Below, piece by piece: positions 1 through 8,969 of a DNA stretch of 64,000 nt (its first letter is position 1; every line of letters starts with the position of its first letter). The translations under genes were made by a program, and so were the position numbers. This DNA comes from an uncultured Acidobacteriota bacterium. Lineage in GTDB: Bacteria; Acidobacteriota; Terriglobia; Acidiferrales; UBA7541. The notes beneath the pieces are model-generated. The model searched no databases. It was not told the origin of the DNA and saw only the letters and a list, made by a program, of their open reading frames with translations. The stretch lies in assembly GCA_963748395.1 (NCBI GenBank), contig CAVVIP010000002.1, forward strand, positions 97,267-161,266, given 5' to 3'.

Positions 1-1
1 T

Positions 2-676
2 TACGAAGAGGGAGAGCTGCTGTGGCTCGACGTGGACGAAACTTTGCGGACGATTACGAAGGATAAGAAATCCATAAACGACTTCTGCAAGATTTTTCAC
101 GGCGGTGCAAGCGGACAACCTGAGCTGAAGCCGTACACGTTTGAAGATGTGGTGGCTACGTTGAACAGCGTTGCGCCGTACGATTGGGCGGGATTTTTGC
201 GCGCGCGGCTGGACGGCGTGGCGACGAAAACTCCCAACGAGGCGATCGAGAAAAGCGGCTGGAAGCTGGTGTACAACGACCAGCCGAACGAAATGCTGGC
301 GATGGAAGAAGCGCTGGCGCGGCGCGCCAATTTCAATTTCAGCGTCGGGTTCACAGCGTCGGACGAAGGCGTGGTGGGTGACGTGATTCACGGAGGGCCG
401 GCTTACAATGCGGGGATTGGTCCCGGGATGAAGATCGTGGCGGTGAATGGAGCGCAGTATTCGCCGGACGGAATGCGTGGTGCGATTGACGCGGCGAAAG
501 TTGCGACGGCGCCGATTCAATTGATTGTGGCGAACGGCGCACAGTTCCGGACTTACTCCGTGGACTATCACGGAGGATTGCGATACGCGCATATTGAACG
601 GGACGAAAGCAAACCGGACTATCTGGGCGAAATCACGCATGCGCAGGTGGAAAGTGGAACGGGCGCGACGAATTGA
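2..676 (+). CDS. M61-type metallopeptidase, C-terminal part with PDZ domain (5' end outside the window)
   Basis: Frame is open from base 2 (YEEGELLWLDVDE...), so the listed 32..676 ORF is the tail of a longer gene. PDZ-like segment GGPAYNAGIGPGMKIVAVNG. Family call rests on remembered M61 glycyl-aminopeptidase C-termini, not on a search. Confidence 0.65.
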   Translation, partial: YEEGELLWLDVDETLRTITKDKKSINDFCKIFHGGASGQPELKPYTFEDVVATLNSVAPYDWAGFLRARLDGVATKTPNEAIEKSGWKLVYNDQPNEMLAMEEALARRANFNFSVGFTASDEGVVGDVIHGGPAYNAGIGPGMKIVAVNGAQYSPDGMRGAIDAAKVATAPIQLIVANGAQFRTYSVDYHGGLRYAHIERDESKPDYLGEITHAQVESGTGATN

Positions 677-694
677 GGGCGGCGAGTTTCTGAG

Positions 695-931
695 ATGAGA
701 TTTCATCCGATTGCGATTGTGGGGATATTGCTGGTAGCGGCGGGGATTGCGGCGCTGATCCATCCGCAAGTGGCCATGCCCGGGCACAAAGAGGAAGTAC
801 AAGTAGGGACGGGCAAGGCGATTATCGAGACGCGGCGGATAGTGACTTTTCCGTGGCCGTTCAGCGCGCTGTTGATTCTCGCTGGGGCGGGGCAGGTGTT
901 TCTTACATGCAAGGTGCGGCATCGGGTTTGA
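695..931 (+). CDS. hypothetical small membrane protein (two predicted TM helices)
   Basis: 78-codon ORF 18 nt after the upstream stop. Hydrophobic segments IAIVGILLVAAGIAALI and FSALLILAGAGQVFL. Codon usage resembles neighbours. No recognisable family. Confidence 0.5.
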   Translation: MRFHPIAIVGILLVAAGIAALIHPQVAMPGHKEEVQVGTGKAIIETRRIVTFPWPFSALLILAGAGQVFLTCKVRHRV

Positions 932-1143
932 GAGTTGTGCTGGGGTTGCGGAAGTAAAAATCGCCACTGATGAACGCAGATGAACACTGATAAGGGCACT
1001 GATAAAACCTTCCTGAAGTAAATTCAAAAACAACGACGCCGGCGAACGATTACCGTAGACGCGCAGAGGGCGCAGAGAAAATCTGAAGCCGAGCGGATCT
1101 TTCGTGGGTGGTGCCTTGCGGAACCGCCTCTGCGACGGCGGAG

Positions 1144-2196
1144 CTAGTAGGTGGCGTGGTCGTCGCTGTCGCTGGCGCGGATTTTTCCTGCGAAACGGGT
1201 GTAGGTGAAAATTGTGTAGGTGACGGCGAGGGACATGCCGAGTAGCCACCAGATCAGGCCGATTTTGAGGCCGTAATCGGCGGCTTTGGCGTTGGCTACG
1301 GTGAGGTTGTAGGCAAGGCCTGTGGTGGCGGGGAGCACGTTGGGGTAGAGGGTGAAGGTGACGCTGGTCAACATGCCGACGATATAGGCGGCGGAGGCGG
1401 CGAAGGCGCGGGCTTCCTGCTCGCTGCGCAGAAAGAACTTCACGCCGAGCAACCCGGCAATGGCGAGCATTGGAAAAACAAAACCGAAGGGATGCACGCG
1501 GAAGCTGAGCAGTCCGACCGGCATCAAGTGAAAGCTGGTGAAGGTGACGATGACGGTAAGCGCAGCAACGAGCCACCAGAGAAGCGAGGCGGCGGCGTGC
1601 GCGCGGTATTGCAATTCGTCGGTAGTGCGCCAGGCGAGCCAGACGGCGCCATGAAGGGCGAGCACGGCGAGGGCTGCGACGCCGATTAGGATTGTGTACC
1701 AATCAAGAATTCCGGTTTGGCCGGTGGGCTGAAAATTCGTCCATAGCGGTTCGAAGAAATTTCCCGCGGCATCAAGCGGAACGCCGCGAGCCACGTTGCC
1801 AAGCGCGGCGCCGAAAAATATCGCGAGCAGGGTGCTGGCGAGCGAGAAGACCGCGTCCCAAAAGACGGACCAGATGTGGCCGCCAACGTGGCTGCGAAAT
1901 TCGATGGAGACTCCGCGCAGGATCAAGAGCCACAGCACCATCATCAGGGGCAGATAAAATCCGCTGAAACTTGCGGCGTATAGTGCAGGAAACGCGAAAT
2001 ACAGCGTGCCACCGGCCGCGAGGAGCCAGACTTCGTTGCCATCCCACACTGGGCCGATGGTGCGGATGAGGACGCGACGCTCGTCGTCGGTTCGAGCGAG
2101 CCAGAGATGCAGGATACCGACGCCGATGTCAAAGCCATCAAGGACCACGTAGCCCGCGATCATCACAGCGACGAGGCAAAACCAGATTGTGCCCAT
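1144..2196 (-). CDS. cydB: cytochrome bd ubiquinol oxidase subunit II
   Basis: 350-aa polytopic membrane protein starting 12 nt after the cydA stop. N-terminus MGTIWFCLVAVMIAGYVVLDGFDIGVGIL and WDGNEVWLL are typical CydB. Confidence 0.93.
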   Translation of the reverse strand: MGTIWFCLVAVMIAGYVVLDGFDIGVGILHLWLARTDDERRVLIRTIGPVWDGNEVWLLAAGGTLYFAFPALYAASFSGFYLPLMMVLWLLILRGVSIEFRSHVGGHIWSVFWDAVFSLASTLLAIFFGAALGNVARGVPLDAAGNFFEPLWTNFQPTGQTGILDWYTILIGVAALAVLALHGAVWLAWRTTDELQYRAHAAASLLWWLVAALTVIVTFTSFHLMPVGLLSFRVHPFGFVFPMLAIAGLLGVKFFLRSEQEARAFAASAAYIVGMLTSVTFTLYPNVLPATTGLAYNLTVANAKAADYGLKIGLIWWLLGMSLAVTYTIFTYTRFAGKIRASDSDDHATY

Positions 2197-2208
2197 GTAG
2201 TTCCTTCC

Positions 2209-3564
2209 CTACTCCGCTGCGGCCGCGGCGATCGCATGGTTTTCGCCGGGATCGGGGCCGTGTTCGATCTCGCGATAGACCAAAAACAGGAAGAGCATTC
2301 CCAGGACCGTGTACATGCCGAGGAAACCGATCAGCGTGAACCAGGCGCTTCCGGCGGAAACCAGCGGCGAGACTCCGGCACGCGTGCGCATCATTCCGTA
2401 AATCAGCCACGGTTGGCGGCCGACCTCGGCGGTGATCCAGCCGGCGGTATTGGCGATAAAGGGCAGAGGGAGCGCGAGCATCAGCGCCCACAAGAGAATG
2501 CGCGATTCGAACAGCTTGCCGCGAAAAAGCTGCAGCGCGGCTAGCACGAGGATGGCGATGAAGATGGTGCCCAGACCGACCATGATGTGATAGCTGAAGT
2601 AGAGGAGCGCGATATTGTCGGGCCATTCGGATTGCGGAAATTGGTCAAGACCCTGAACGGTGGCGGTCCATTTCTGATAGGTGAGGAAGCTGAGCGCGCT
2701 GGGGATGGTGAGTGGATTGTCGAGGCGCTGTTTGGGAACATCCGGCTGGCCGAGGATTGCGATGGGCGCGCCGGCTTGCGTTTGGAATAGGCCTTCCATC
2801 GCGGCGAGAGTGGGACGCTGATATTGCGCGATCATTTTTCCCTGGCCGTCACCTGTGGGGAAAAGTTGCAGGAGCGCGGCGATGATGCCGACGGTGACGC
2901 CGACGCGGACGAAGGTCTGGCCGAATCTTTCGTGCTGCTTCGAGAGGATGTAGTAGGCGCCGACGGCAGCCATGGTGAAGCAGCCGGTCTGCACCGCGCC
3001 GAGCATGGTGTGCGCGTATTGCCAGAGGCCCCACGGATTCAGGAGCAGGGCCCAAAAGCTGTTTAGTTCGTACGAACCGTTCGTGGCGAGGTGATAGCCG
3101 ACGGGATGCTGCATCCACGCGTCGGTGAGGACGATCAGGTAGCCGGAAAGCCAGGAGCCGATAAACATCATCAGCGAGGAGATCCAGTGGAGGCGCGGGC
3201 CGAGGCGCTTTTCACCGAAGAGGAACAGGCCGAGGAACGAGGATTCCAGAAAAAAGGAGAACACGCCTTCCATGGCGAGGGTCTGGCCGATCACTCCGCC
3301 CGCGGATTTCGAGAATTGAGACCAGTTCGTGCCGAACTGAAATTCCATGGGAATCCCGGTGACGACGCCGAGGGCAAAGCTGATGCCGAAAATTTTCGCC
3401 CAGAAACACGCGGAGTCGTTCCAGATTTCGTTGCCGGTGCGCAGGGCGATGGTTTTCAGAATGAAGATCAGCAGGGCGAGGCCCATGGTGAGCTGCGGGA
3501 AAATGTAATGGAAGGTGATGGTGAATGCGAAGTGGAGGCGATGAATGGTTAGTGCGTCTTCCAT
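2209..3564 (-). CDS. cydA: cytochrome bd ubiquinol oxidase subunit I
   Basis: 451 aa. HRLHFAFTITFHYIFPQLTMGLA N-terminus, GIPMEFQFGTNW and GWITAEVGRQPW motifs are typical CydA. Forms a cydAB operon with the downstream gene. Confidence 0.93.
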   Translation of the reverse strand: MEDALTIHRLHFAFTITFHYIFPQLTMGLALLIFILKTIALRTGNEIWNDSACFWAKIFGISFALGVVTGIPMEFQFGTNWSQFSKSAGGVIGQTLAMEGVFSFFLESSFLGLFLFGEKRLGPRLHWISSLMMFIGSWLSGYLIVLTDAWMQHPVGYHLATNGSYELNSFWALLLNPWGLWQYAHTMLGAVQTGCFTMAAVGAYYILSKQHERFGQTFVRVGVTVGIIAALLQLFPTGDGQGKMIAQYQRPTLAAMEGLFQTQAGAPIAILGQPDVPKQRLDNPLTIPSALSFLTYQKWTATVQGLDQFPQSEWPDNIALLYFSYHIMVGLGTIFIAILVLAALQLFRGKLFESRILLWALMLALPLPFIANTAGWITAEVGRQPWLIYGMMRTRAGVSPLVSAGSAWFTLIGFLGMYTVLGMLFLFLVYREIEHGPDPGENHAIAAAAAE

Positions 3565-3645
3565 GGCACCTCATTTCGGGCGCGGGGCGCAAAAGTTGAG
3601 ATCGCCGAGACGCTAAGAGTACTCCCTTGGAAAAGGAAAACGAAA

Positions 3646-3660
3646 GTGTGATGATCACAC
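3646..3660. promoter_or_regulatory. perfect 15-bp palindrome in the cydA / S9-peptidase divergent promoter region
   Basis: GTGTGAT-G-ATCACAC, centred 89 nt upstream of the cydA ATG and 46 nt upstream of ATG 3706. A candidate operator. Confidence 0.3.
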
Positions 3661-3705
3661 GTTTTGGTGATGCTGGTCACGTACAAGAATGCCGGGGGAG
3701 GAACT

Positions 3706-5766
3706 ATGAAGCGGGGCGCTCGGGTGGTTGGAGTGGTTGTCGCGGTGCTGGTGGCTGTGGTGACGGTGGCGGGGCAAACGGCCGAGAAGCGCCCGATCAC
3801 TTTTAAGGATTTGATCTCGCTGCATCGGCTGAGCGAGCCGCAGATTTCGCCGGACGGCAAATGGATCGCTTATAGCGTCGCGACTCCGGACCTGGAAGCG
3901 AATCACGCCGTGCGCGATATATGGGTGGTGGCGACGGCGGGTGGCGAAGCACGGCAATTGACGCGAGGAGGGACTGACACGCGGCCGCGCTGGTCGCCGG
4001 ACGGCAAGAAGCTGGCGTTTATTTCCGGGCGCTCCGGGACGCCGCAAATTTATTGGATCGCGCTGGAGGGCGGCGAAGCGACGCGGCTGACTTCGATTTC
4101 GACGGGCGCGGACAATGAGCTGTGGTCGCCGGATGGGAAGACGATGGCGTTTGTTTCTTCGGTGTACCCGGATTGCAGGGACGATGCGTGCAACGAGAAG
4201 CGTGATGCGGCAACAGAAAAAAGCAAAGTGAAGGCGCGGGTCTATGAAAAGCTTCTGTACCGCCACTGGACGGAATGGTGGGACGGCAAGCGCGGCCATT
4301 TATTTGTGATGGCGGTGGATGGCGGAGGCGTGCCGAAGGATTTGATACCCGGAGCGAACTACGACGTGCCGCCGTTCAACGAGGGTGCGCCGGAGGCTAT
4401 TGCGTTTTCGCCCGATGGAAGAGAGCTGTGTTACACGGCGAACACCGACAAAGATGAGGCGCTGAGCACGAACGGGGATTTGTTTACGGTGGATGTGGCG
4501 GGTGGGAGCGAGCCGAAGCGAATCACGACAAATCCTGGGAATGATTGGGGACCGCAATATTCGCCGGACGGAAAATGGATTGCGTACCGCGCGCAATTTC
4601 TGGGCGGATTCGAAGCGGATCGCTGGCGATTGATGCTGTACGACCGACAGAGCGGAAAGTCGGTCAATCGCACAGAGGACTTCGATCGCAACGTGGAATC
4701 GTACGAATGGACGCCGGACAGCGCGCAGGTTTATTTCCAGGCCGAAGATAAGGCGGAGATGCCGGTGTATGCGATTGCGGTAGCGGCGGGAAGCGCACCG
4801 AAAGTGGTGGTGGCAGACGGGTTCAACGCGGAGTTTGATATTAGCCGCGACGGGCGGACGCTGGCGCTGGCGCGTACGAGTCTGACGATGCCCGCGGAGC
4901 TCTTTACCGCGGATGTGGATGGCGGGCATTTGCGGCAGGTGACGCATCAGAATAGCGCGCTGCTGGCGCAACTGGAGCTGACGGCGGCCGAGCCGTTCTG
5001 GTTTGAGGGCGCGGAAAAAACGCAGGTGGAGGGATTGATGATCCGGCCGCCGCATTTCGATGCGGCGAAAAAATATCCGACGCTGCTTTTGATTCACGGC
5101 GGGCCGCAAGGGGCGTGGACGGACGCGTGGGGTTACCGTTGGAATCAGCAGGTGATGGCCGCGCCGGGATATGTGGTGGTGATGATTAATCCGCGGGGGT
5201 CAACCGGATATGGACAGAAATTTACGGCGGAGATCAGCCGCGACTGGGGCGGAAAGGTTTACGAGGATTTGATGAAGGGCCTGGACGCGGCGATCGCGAA
5301 GTATCCGTTTATTGACGGCACGCGAGTGGGCGCGGCGGGAGGATCGTACGGCGGGTACATGATTGACTGGATCGCGACGCACACGGACCAGTTCAAATGC
5401 CTGATCAGCCACGCGGGACCGTACGATTTGGTGAGCGAGTACGGGGCGACGGAGGAATTGTGGTTCGCGGACTGGGAATTTGGCGGGCCGCCATGGGCAA
5501 AGCCGGATCTGTACAAGAAGTGGGCGCCTAGCGAGTATGCGGCGGCGCTGGGAAAATACAAGACGCCGACGCTGGTGGTGGGTGGCGAGCTGGATTTTCG
5601 CGTCCCGTACAACCAGGATTTGGAATTTTTCACGGCGCTGCAGGTGCAGGGCGTGCCGTCGAAGCTGGTGATTTTTCCAGACGAGGGGCATTGGGTACTG
5701 AAGCCGCAGAACAGCGAGTTTTGGTATGGGACGTTTCTGGATTGGCTGGGGCGATATTTAAAATAG
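3706..5766 (+). CDS. S9 family serine peptidase (prolyl oligopeptidase / acylaminoacyl peptidase type) with N-terminal TolB-like beta-propeller
   Basis: Repeated SPDGK(W/K/T)(I/L/M)A(Y/F) propeller motifs. C-terminal alpha/beta hydrolase with GGSYGG nucleophile elbow and DEGHW. ATG 3706 is preceded by GGGGGAGGA and gives a signal peptide (MKRGARVVGVVVAVLVAVVTVAGQ). The listed ORF starts at 3664. Confidence 0.9.
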   Translation: MKRGARVVGVVVAVLVAVVTVAGQTAEKRPITFKDLISLHRLSEPQISPDGKWIAYSVATPDLEANHAVRDIWVVATAGGEARQLTRGGTDTRPRWSPDGKKLAFISGRSGTPQIYWIALEGGEATRLTSISTGADNELWSPDGKTMAFVSSVYPDCRDDACNEKRDAATEKSKVKARVYEKLLYRHWTEWWDGKRGHLFVMAVDGGGVPKDLIPGANYDVPPFNEGAPEAIAFSPDGRELCYTANTDKDEALSTNGDLFTVDVAGGSEPKRITTNPGNDWGPQYSPDGKWIAYRAQFLGGFEADRWRLMLYDRQSGKSVNRTEDFDRNVESYEWTPDSAQVYFQAEDKAEMPVYAIAVAAGSAPKVVVADGFNAEFDISRDGRTLALARTSLTMPAELFTADVDGGHLRQVTHQNSALLAQLELTAAEPFWFEGAEKTQVEGLMIRPPHFDAAKKYPTLLLIHGGPQGAWTDAWGYRWNQQVMAAPGYVVVMINPRGSTGYGQKFTAEISRDWGGKVYEDLMKGLDAAIAKYPFIDGTRVGAAGGSYGGYMIDWIATHTDQFKCLISHAGPYDLVSEYGATEELWFADWEFGGPPWAKPDLYKKWAPSEYAAALGKYKTPTLVVGGELDFRVPYNQDLEFFTALQVQGVPSKLVIFPDEGHWVLKPQNSEFWYGTFLDWLGRYLK

Positions 5767-5785
5767 AACCGCGAAGAAATAGGAA

Positions 5786-5808
5786 GAGGCGGATGTTGAG
5801 TCCGCCTC
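5786..5808. terminator. hairpin between convergent genes (possible bidirectional terminator)
   Basis: GAGGCGGA-tgttgag-TCCGCCTC, 8-bp perfect stem. T-rich flank on both strands (plus: caggTATTTgg; minus: TTCCTATTTCTTC). Lies between the 5766 stop (+) and the 5833 stop (-). Confidence 0.5.
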
Positions 5809-5832
5809 CAGGTATTTGGAATTTGCTGCGAA

Positions 5833-6168
5833 TTAGCGAATTGCGACGGCTTTCGTCTTTCCGCCGAAATCTATTTCGACGACGCGGTCCTCGTTGAAGA
5901 GGACTTCGGTTTGGCGAGGCTTTTGGGCAAGCTGAACCCATTCACAGGGAACAGAGGCGACGGTCTTACCGTTGTCGGCGCGGACGACGCTGATTTCATT
6001 CGCACCGTCGTTCGCTTTGAGGTTATACGTCCCGGGTTCCAACTTTTGAGTGCCGATTGTGACGGGATGATCGATCACGAGCTGAGCGGAATCGGTGCGC
6101 GCCCAGATCGGGAGCGAGAGAATTAGAGCAGCAAACACTGTGAGACTGGTTTTCGTACGCAGGTCCAT
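5833..6168 (-). CDS. hypothetical secreted protein
   Basis: 111 aa with N-terminal signal peptide (MDLRTKTSLTVFAALILSLPIWA). Beta-rich remainder. Resembles small secreted proteins I recall as common in Acidobacteria. No functional motif. Confidence 0.6.
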   Translation of the reverse strand: MDLRTKTSLTVFAALILSLPIWARTDSAQLVIDHPVTIGTQKLEPGTYNLKANDGANEISVVRADNGKTVASVPCEWVQLAQKPRQTEVLFNEDRVVEIDFGGKTKAVAIR

Positions 6169-6470
6169 TTCTTCTCCTGTTCAAAAGTGCAATTTGCCGT
6201 GGAGACTTCGAGCGAGATCGCCTCGATGCTCCTGCGGGCGAGAGCGCGAGCTGAAAAATAGCCTCAGCGCGCCCTCTCTCTTAGAGATGCGTGGGTTCAC
6301 GGGGCGGTTTCGTTTTTATCCCTACGTAAGTTATTGACTGTATTGCACTTCCGTCGCTGTGCGGTTCTGCCGAACGTATGTAAATCGTGATTCGTGCTCA
6401 TCAGTAGTTGTGCGGATTGACAGCGTGGAACGGTGGGTGACATGGTGACTTCCTCACCTTGGGGGTCTCC

Positions 6471-7169
6471 ATGCGAACTTTGGGGCGGTTCTGTTTCCCT
6501 GCGTTGGCGGGGGTATTGGCGATTTTTGTGCTGGCGCCGCTCGGTTGCGCAGAATCTCTCAACATTACCAGCGCACCTGCAGGCGCTAATGTGGAGATTG
6601 ATGGCGCATTGGTAGGCACGACTCCGTTTCATACCGATTATCCCGGCGGTTACTTCCATAAGACGCATACGGTGTTCGGCGCACGGCTGGAACATGCGAT
6701 GACGTTGCGCGTTTCGATGGATGGGTACGCAGCGCAGCAGATCACGATTACGGATGGGCCGTTTGAGTGGCTTACGGTGAATGGAAAACGACGCGGAAAT
6801 TACTTTGTGCTGAAGTCGGATCATTTCGATATGAAGCTGGCGGCGGGAGCGGAAGCAGCTAGCGTCACGTGGACGGGGGATGCGCGGGTGGGGCCGATGC
6901 ATCCGCATGCGGCGGTGGTGGCGGCCGTGAGCGACGACGGGGACAAGGCGCGTGGGGTGGGAACCTTGGCGATCTTGTCTGATCCGGCTGGGGCGGAAGT
7001 TTATGTGGATGGGCATTTCGTGGGACAGACGCCGGCGACGATGCATCTAGCGAGCGGGGCGCACCGGATTGAATTGCGAGCGAGCGGGAAGCGCGATTGG
7101 GCGCGGGATTTGGAAGTGATCAAGGATAGCGAAACGACTGTGCATCCGGTGATGGAACGCGGGCAGTGA
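6471..7169 (+). CDS. PEGA domain-containing protein
   Basis: Two PEGA-like modules (LNITSAPAGANVEIDGALVGTTP... and LAILSDPAGAEVYVDGHFVGQTPATMHLASGAHRIELR). Signal peptide from ATG 6471. The listed ORF starts at TTG 6459. Confidence 0.8.
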   Translation: MRTLGRFCFPALAGVLAIFVLAPLGCAESLNITSAPAGANVEIDGALVGTTPFHTDYPGGYFHKTHTVFGARLEHAMTLRVSMDGYAAQQITITDGPFEWLTVNGKRRGNYFVLKSDHFDMKLAAGAEAASVTWTGDARVGPMHPHAAVVAAVSDDGDKARGVGTLAILSDPAGAEVYVDGHFVGQTPATMHLASGAHRIELRASGKRDWARDLEVIKDSETTVHPVMERGQ

Positions 7170-7189
7170 AGGCCGGCGACAGCGTCCCG

Positions 7190-8764
7190 TCAGGGGCGGT
7201 TGGCGAAGGAGTAGGCGCGGCGGAGGTATTGGCCAACTTCTGGAACGCGGAATATTTTCAGTAGGACTACGAACAGGACGACTCCCACGGAAGTTACCAG
7301 CGTCAGAAGCAGGAGTGCTCCGGCGATGCCCTGCCACTGGATGAAATTTTCCAGCCAGCCTGCGAGGCGATAGCAAGCATAGCCGGCGGCGCAGGATGCC
7401 ACGGCCACTTTCAGGAAGAAGACGACGATGCTGCCCTCCTCCGGATTTTTTGTGCGCCGGCCCAGCAGGACGAAAAGAAGAATGGTGTAGGCGACGATGC
7501 CGATGGTGCTGGCGAGGGCCAGGCCGACGTAGTCCAGGCGGCGGACCAACAGCCAATAGACTGGGAGGCTGAGCAGCGTGGTGACGGTGCCGACGACGGC
7601 GGGGGTGATGGTGTCGCGCGTGGCGTAGAAGCCGCGCGCCAGAATATTCTGCGCACCCCAGGCAAACATTCCAATTGAGAAAAACGCGAGCGTGGCTGCG
7701 GTGGCCGCGAGATCGGGGCCGTGGAGACGGGTGTGCGAGAACACCAGATAGACCAGTGGCAGGCTTTGCGCGATGGTGAGCGCGGAGATGGGGAGAAGCA
7801 AGAAGATCAGCGCGCGGAATGTGGAGTTGAGGATGCGATTGAGGTCGTCAAATTTTTTTTCGGAGTAAAGCTGCGCGAGGATGGGGAAGGACGCAACGCC
7901 GATGGCCTGACCGACGAGGCCCAGCGGGACACGCATGAGCGTCTTGCCGTTGTTCAGCCAGGTGATGGAGGCGGGCTGAAGATAGGAGCCGAACCAGCGG
8001 ATGATCCAATCGTCCACGAACGAAAGTGAGAGCGCGAGCATGATGGGGACGGAAAGCTTCAAGAACATCCAGAAGCCGGGATGGCGGATGTTGAAATTGG
8101 GCCTGAAAATTGCGCCCGCGCGCCAGGCGCCGTAAATTTGCAGCAGGAAATTTCCGCAGATCGCTCCTGCGAGGACGCCGACCGCGAATCCGGTGATGCC
8201 GATGCGCGAAGAGAGCAGGACGCCGCCGAGGATGATGCCGATGTTGTAGATGATGGGAGCGAGCGACGGGATGATGAAGCGATTCTTGGCATATTGCACG
8301 GCGCTGAGGATGCTGCCTTCGTAGAAACAAATTTGTGCAGGGAGCATCAGGCGCGTGAGGAATACCGTTTGCTGAAATTCGGCGGGCGCGAAGCCTGGGG
8401 CAATGTATTTCACGATGTGCGCGGCAAAAATTTCGCCTAGCACGACGAGCGTGACGAGGACGAAACCCATCACGGTGACGACCGTGGAGAAAACGTGCCA
8501 GCCTTCGTCTTCGCGTTGTTCGGCGACGTATTTGGCGAACACCGGGATGAAAGTGATGCTGAGCGAGCCTCCGGCGATCAGGTAATTAAGGAAATCGGGG
8601 AGAGTGAAGGCGGTGTAGTAGGCGCTGGTGGCGGCGTTGGCGCCGACCTGGTGCGCGACGGTCCAATCACGGAAAAAGCCGAGGATGCGGCTGAGCAGAA
8701 CGCTGGCCATCACGATGCCGGTGGCCGCGGCGATGCGACGGTGCAGGTGATCGGTCGTCGTCAC
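7190..8764 (-). CDS. murJ: lipid II flippase MurJ (MviN family)
   Basis: 524-aa multi-pass membrane protein. N-terminal VLLSRILGFFRDWTVAHQVGANAATSAYYTAFTLPDFL matches the MurJ signature region. Confidence 0.9.
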   Translation of the reverse strand: MTTTDHLHRRIAAATGIVMASVLLSRILGFFRDWTVAHQVGANAATSAYYTAFTLPDFLNYLIAGGSLSITFIPVFAKYVAEQREDEGWHVFSTVVTVMGFVLVTLVVLGEIFAAHIVKYIAPGFAPAEFQQTVFLTRLMLPAQICFYEGSILSAVQYAKNRFIIPSLAPIIYNIGIILGGVLLSSRIGITGFAVGVLAGAICGNFLLQIYGAWRAGAIFRPNFNIRHPGFWMFLKLSVPIMLALSLSFVDDWIIRWFGSYLQPASITWLNNGKTLMRVPLGLVGQAIGVASFPILAQLYSEKKFDDLNRILNSTFRALIFLLLPISALTIAQSLPLVYLVFSHTRLHGPDLAATAATLAFFSIGMFAWGAQNILARGFYATRDTITPAVVGTVTTLLSLPVYWLLVRRLDYVGLALASTIGIVAYTILLFVLLGRRTKNPEEGSIVVFFLKVAVASCAAGYACYRLAGWLENFIQWQGIAGALLLLTLVTSVGVVLFVVLLKIFRVPEVGQYLRRAYSFANRP

Positions 8765-8969
8765 GGGAATATGGTAGATGGATTGGTGCGTAGGCGGTAG
8801 AGAGTTTGCGCGGGGTGTTTCCGATTGGGAGAGGCGTGGAACCGCGAAGAGCTACCGCAGAGAAGCAGGGAGCACAGAAAACGCCAAAAGATCTAACAGA
8901 GAGTGCACAGAGAAAAACGGACAGCGCAGAGATAGATGACGGAGCCCAGCCAGGATTGGCTGTGCCACG

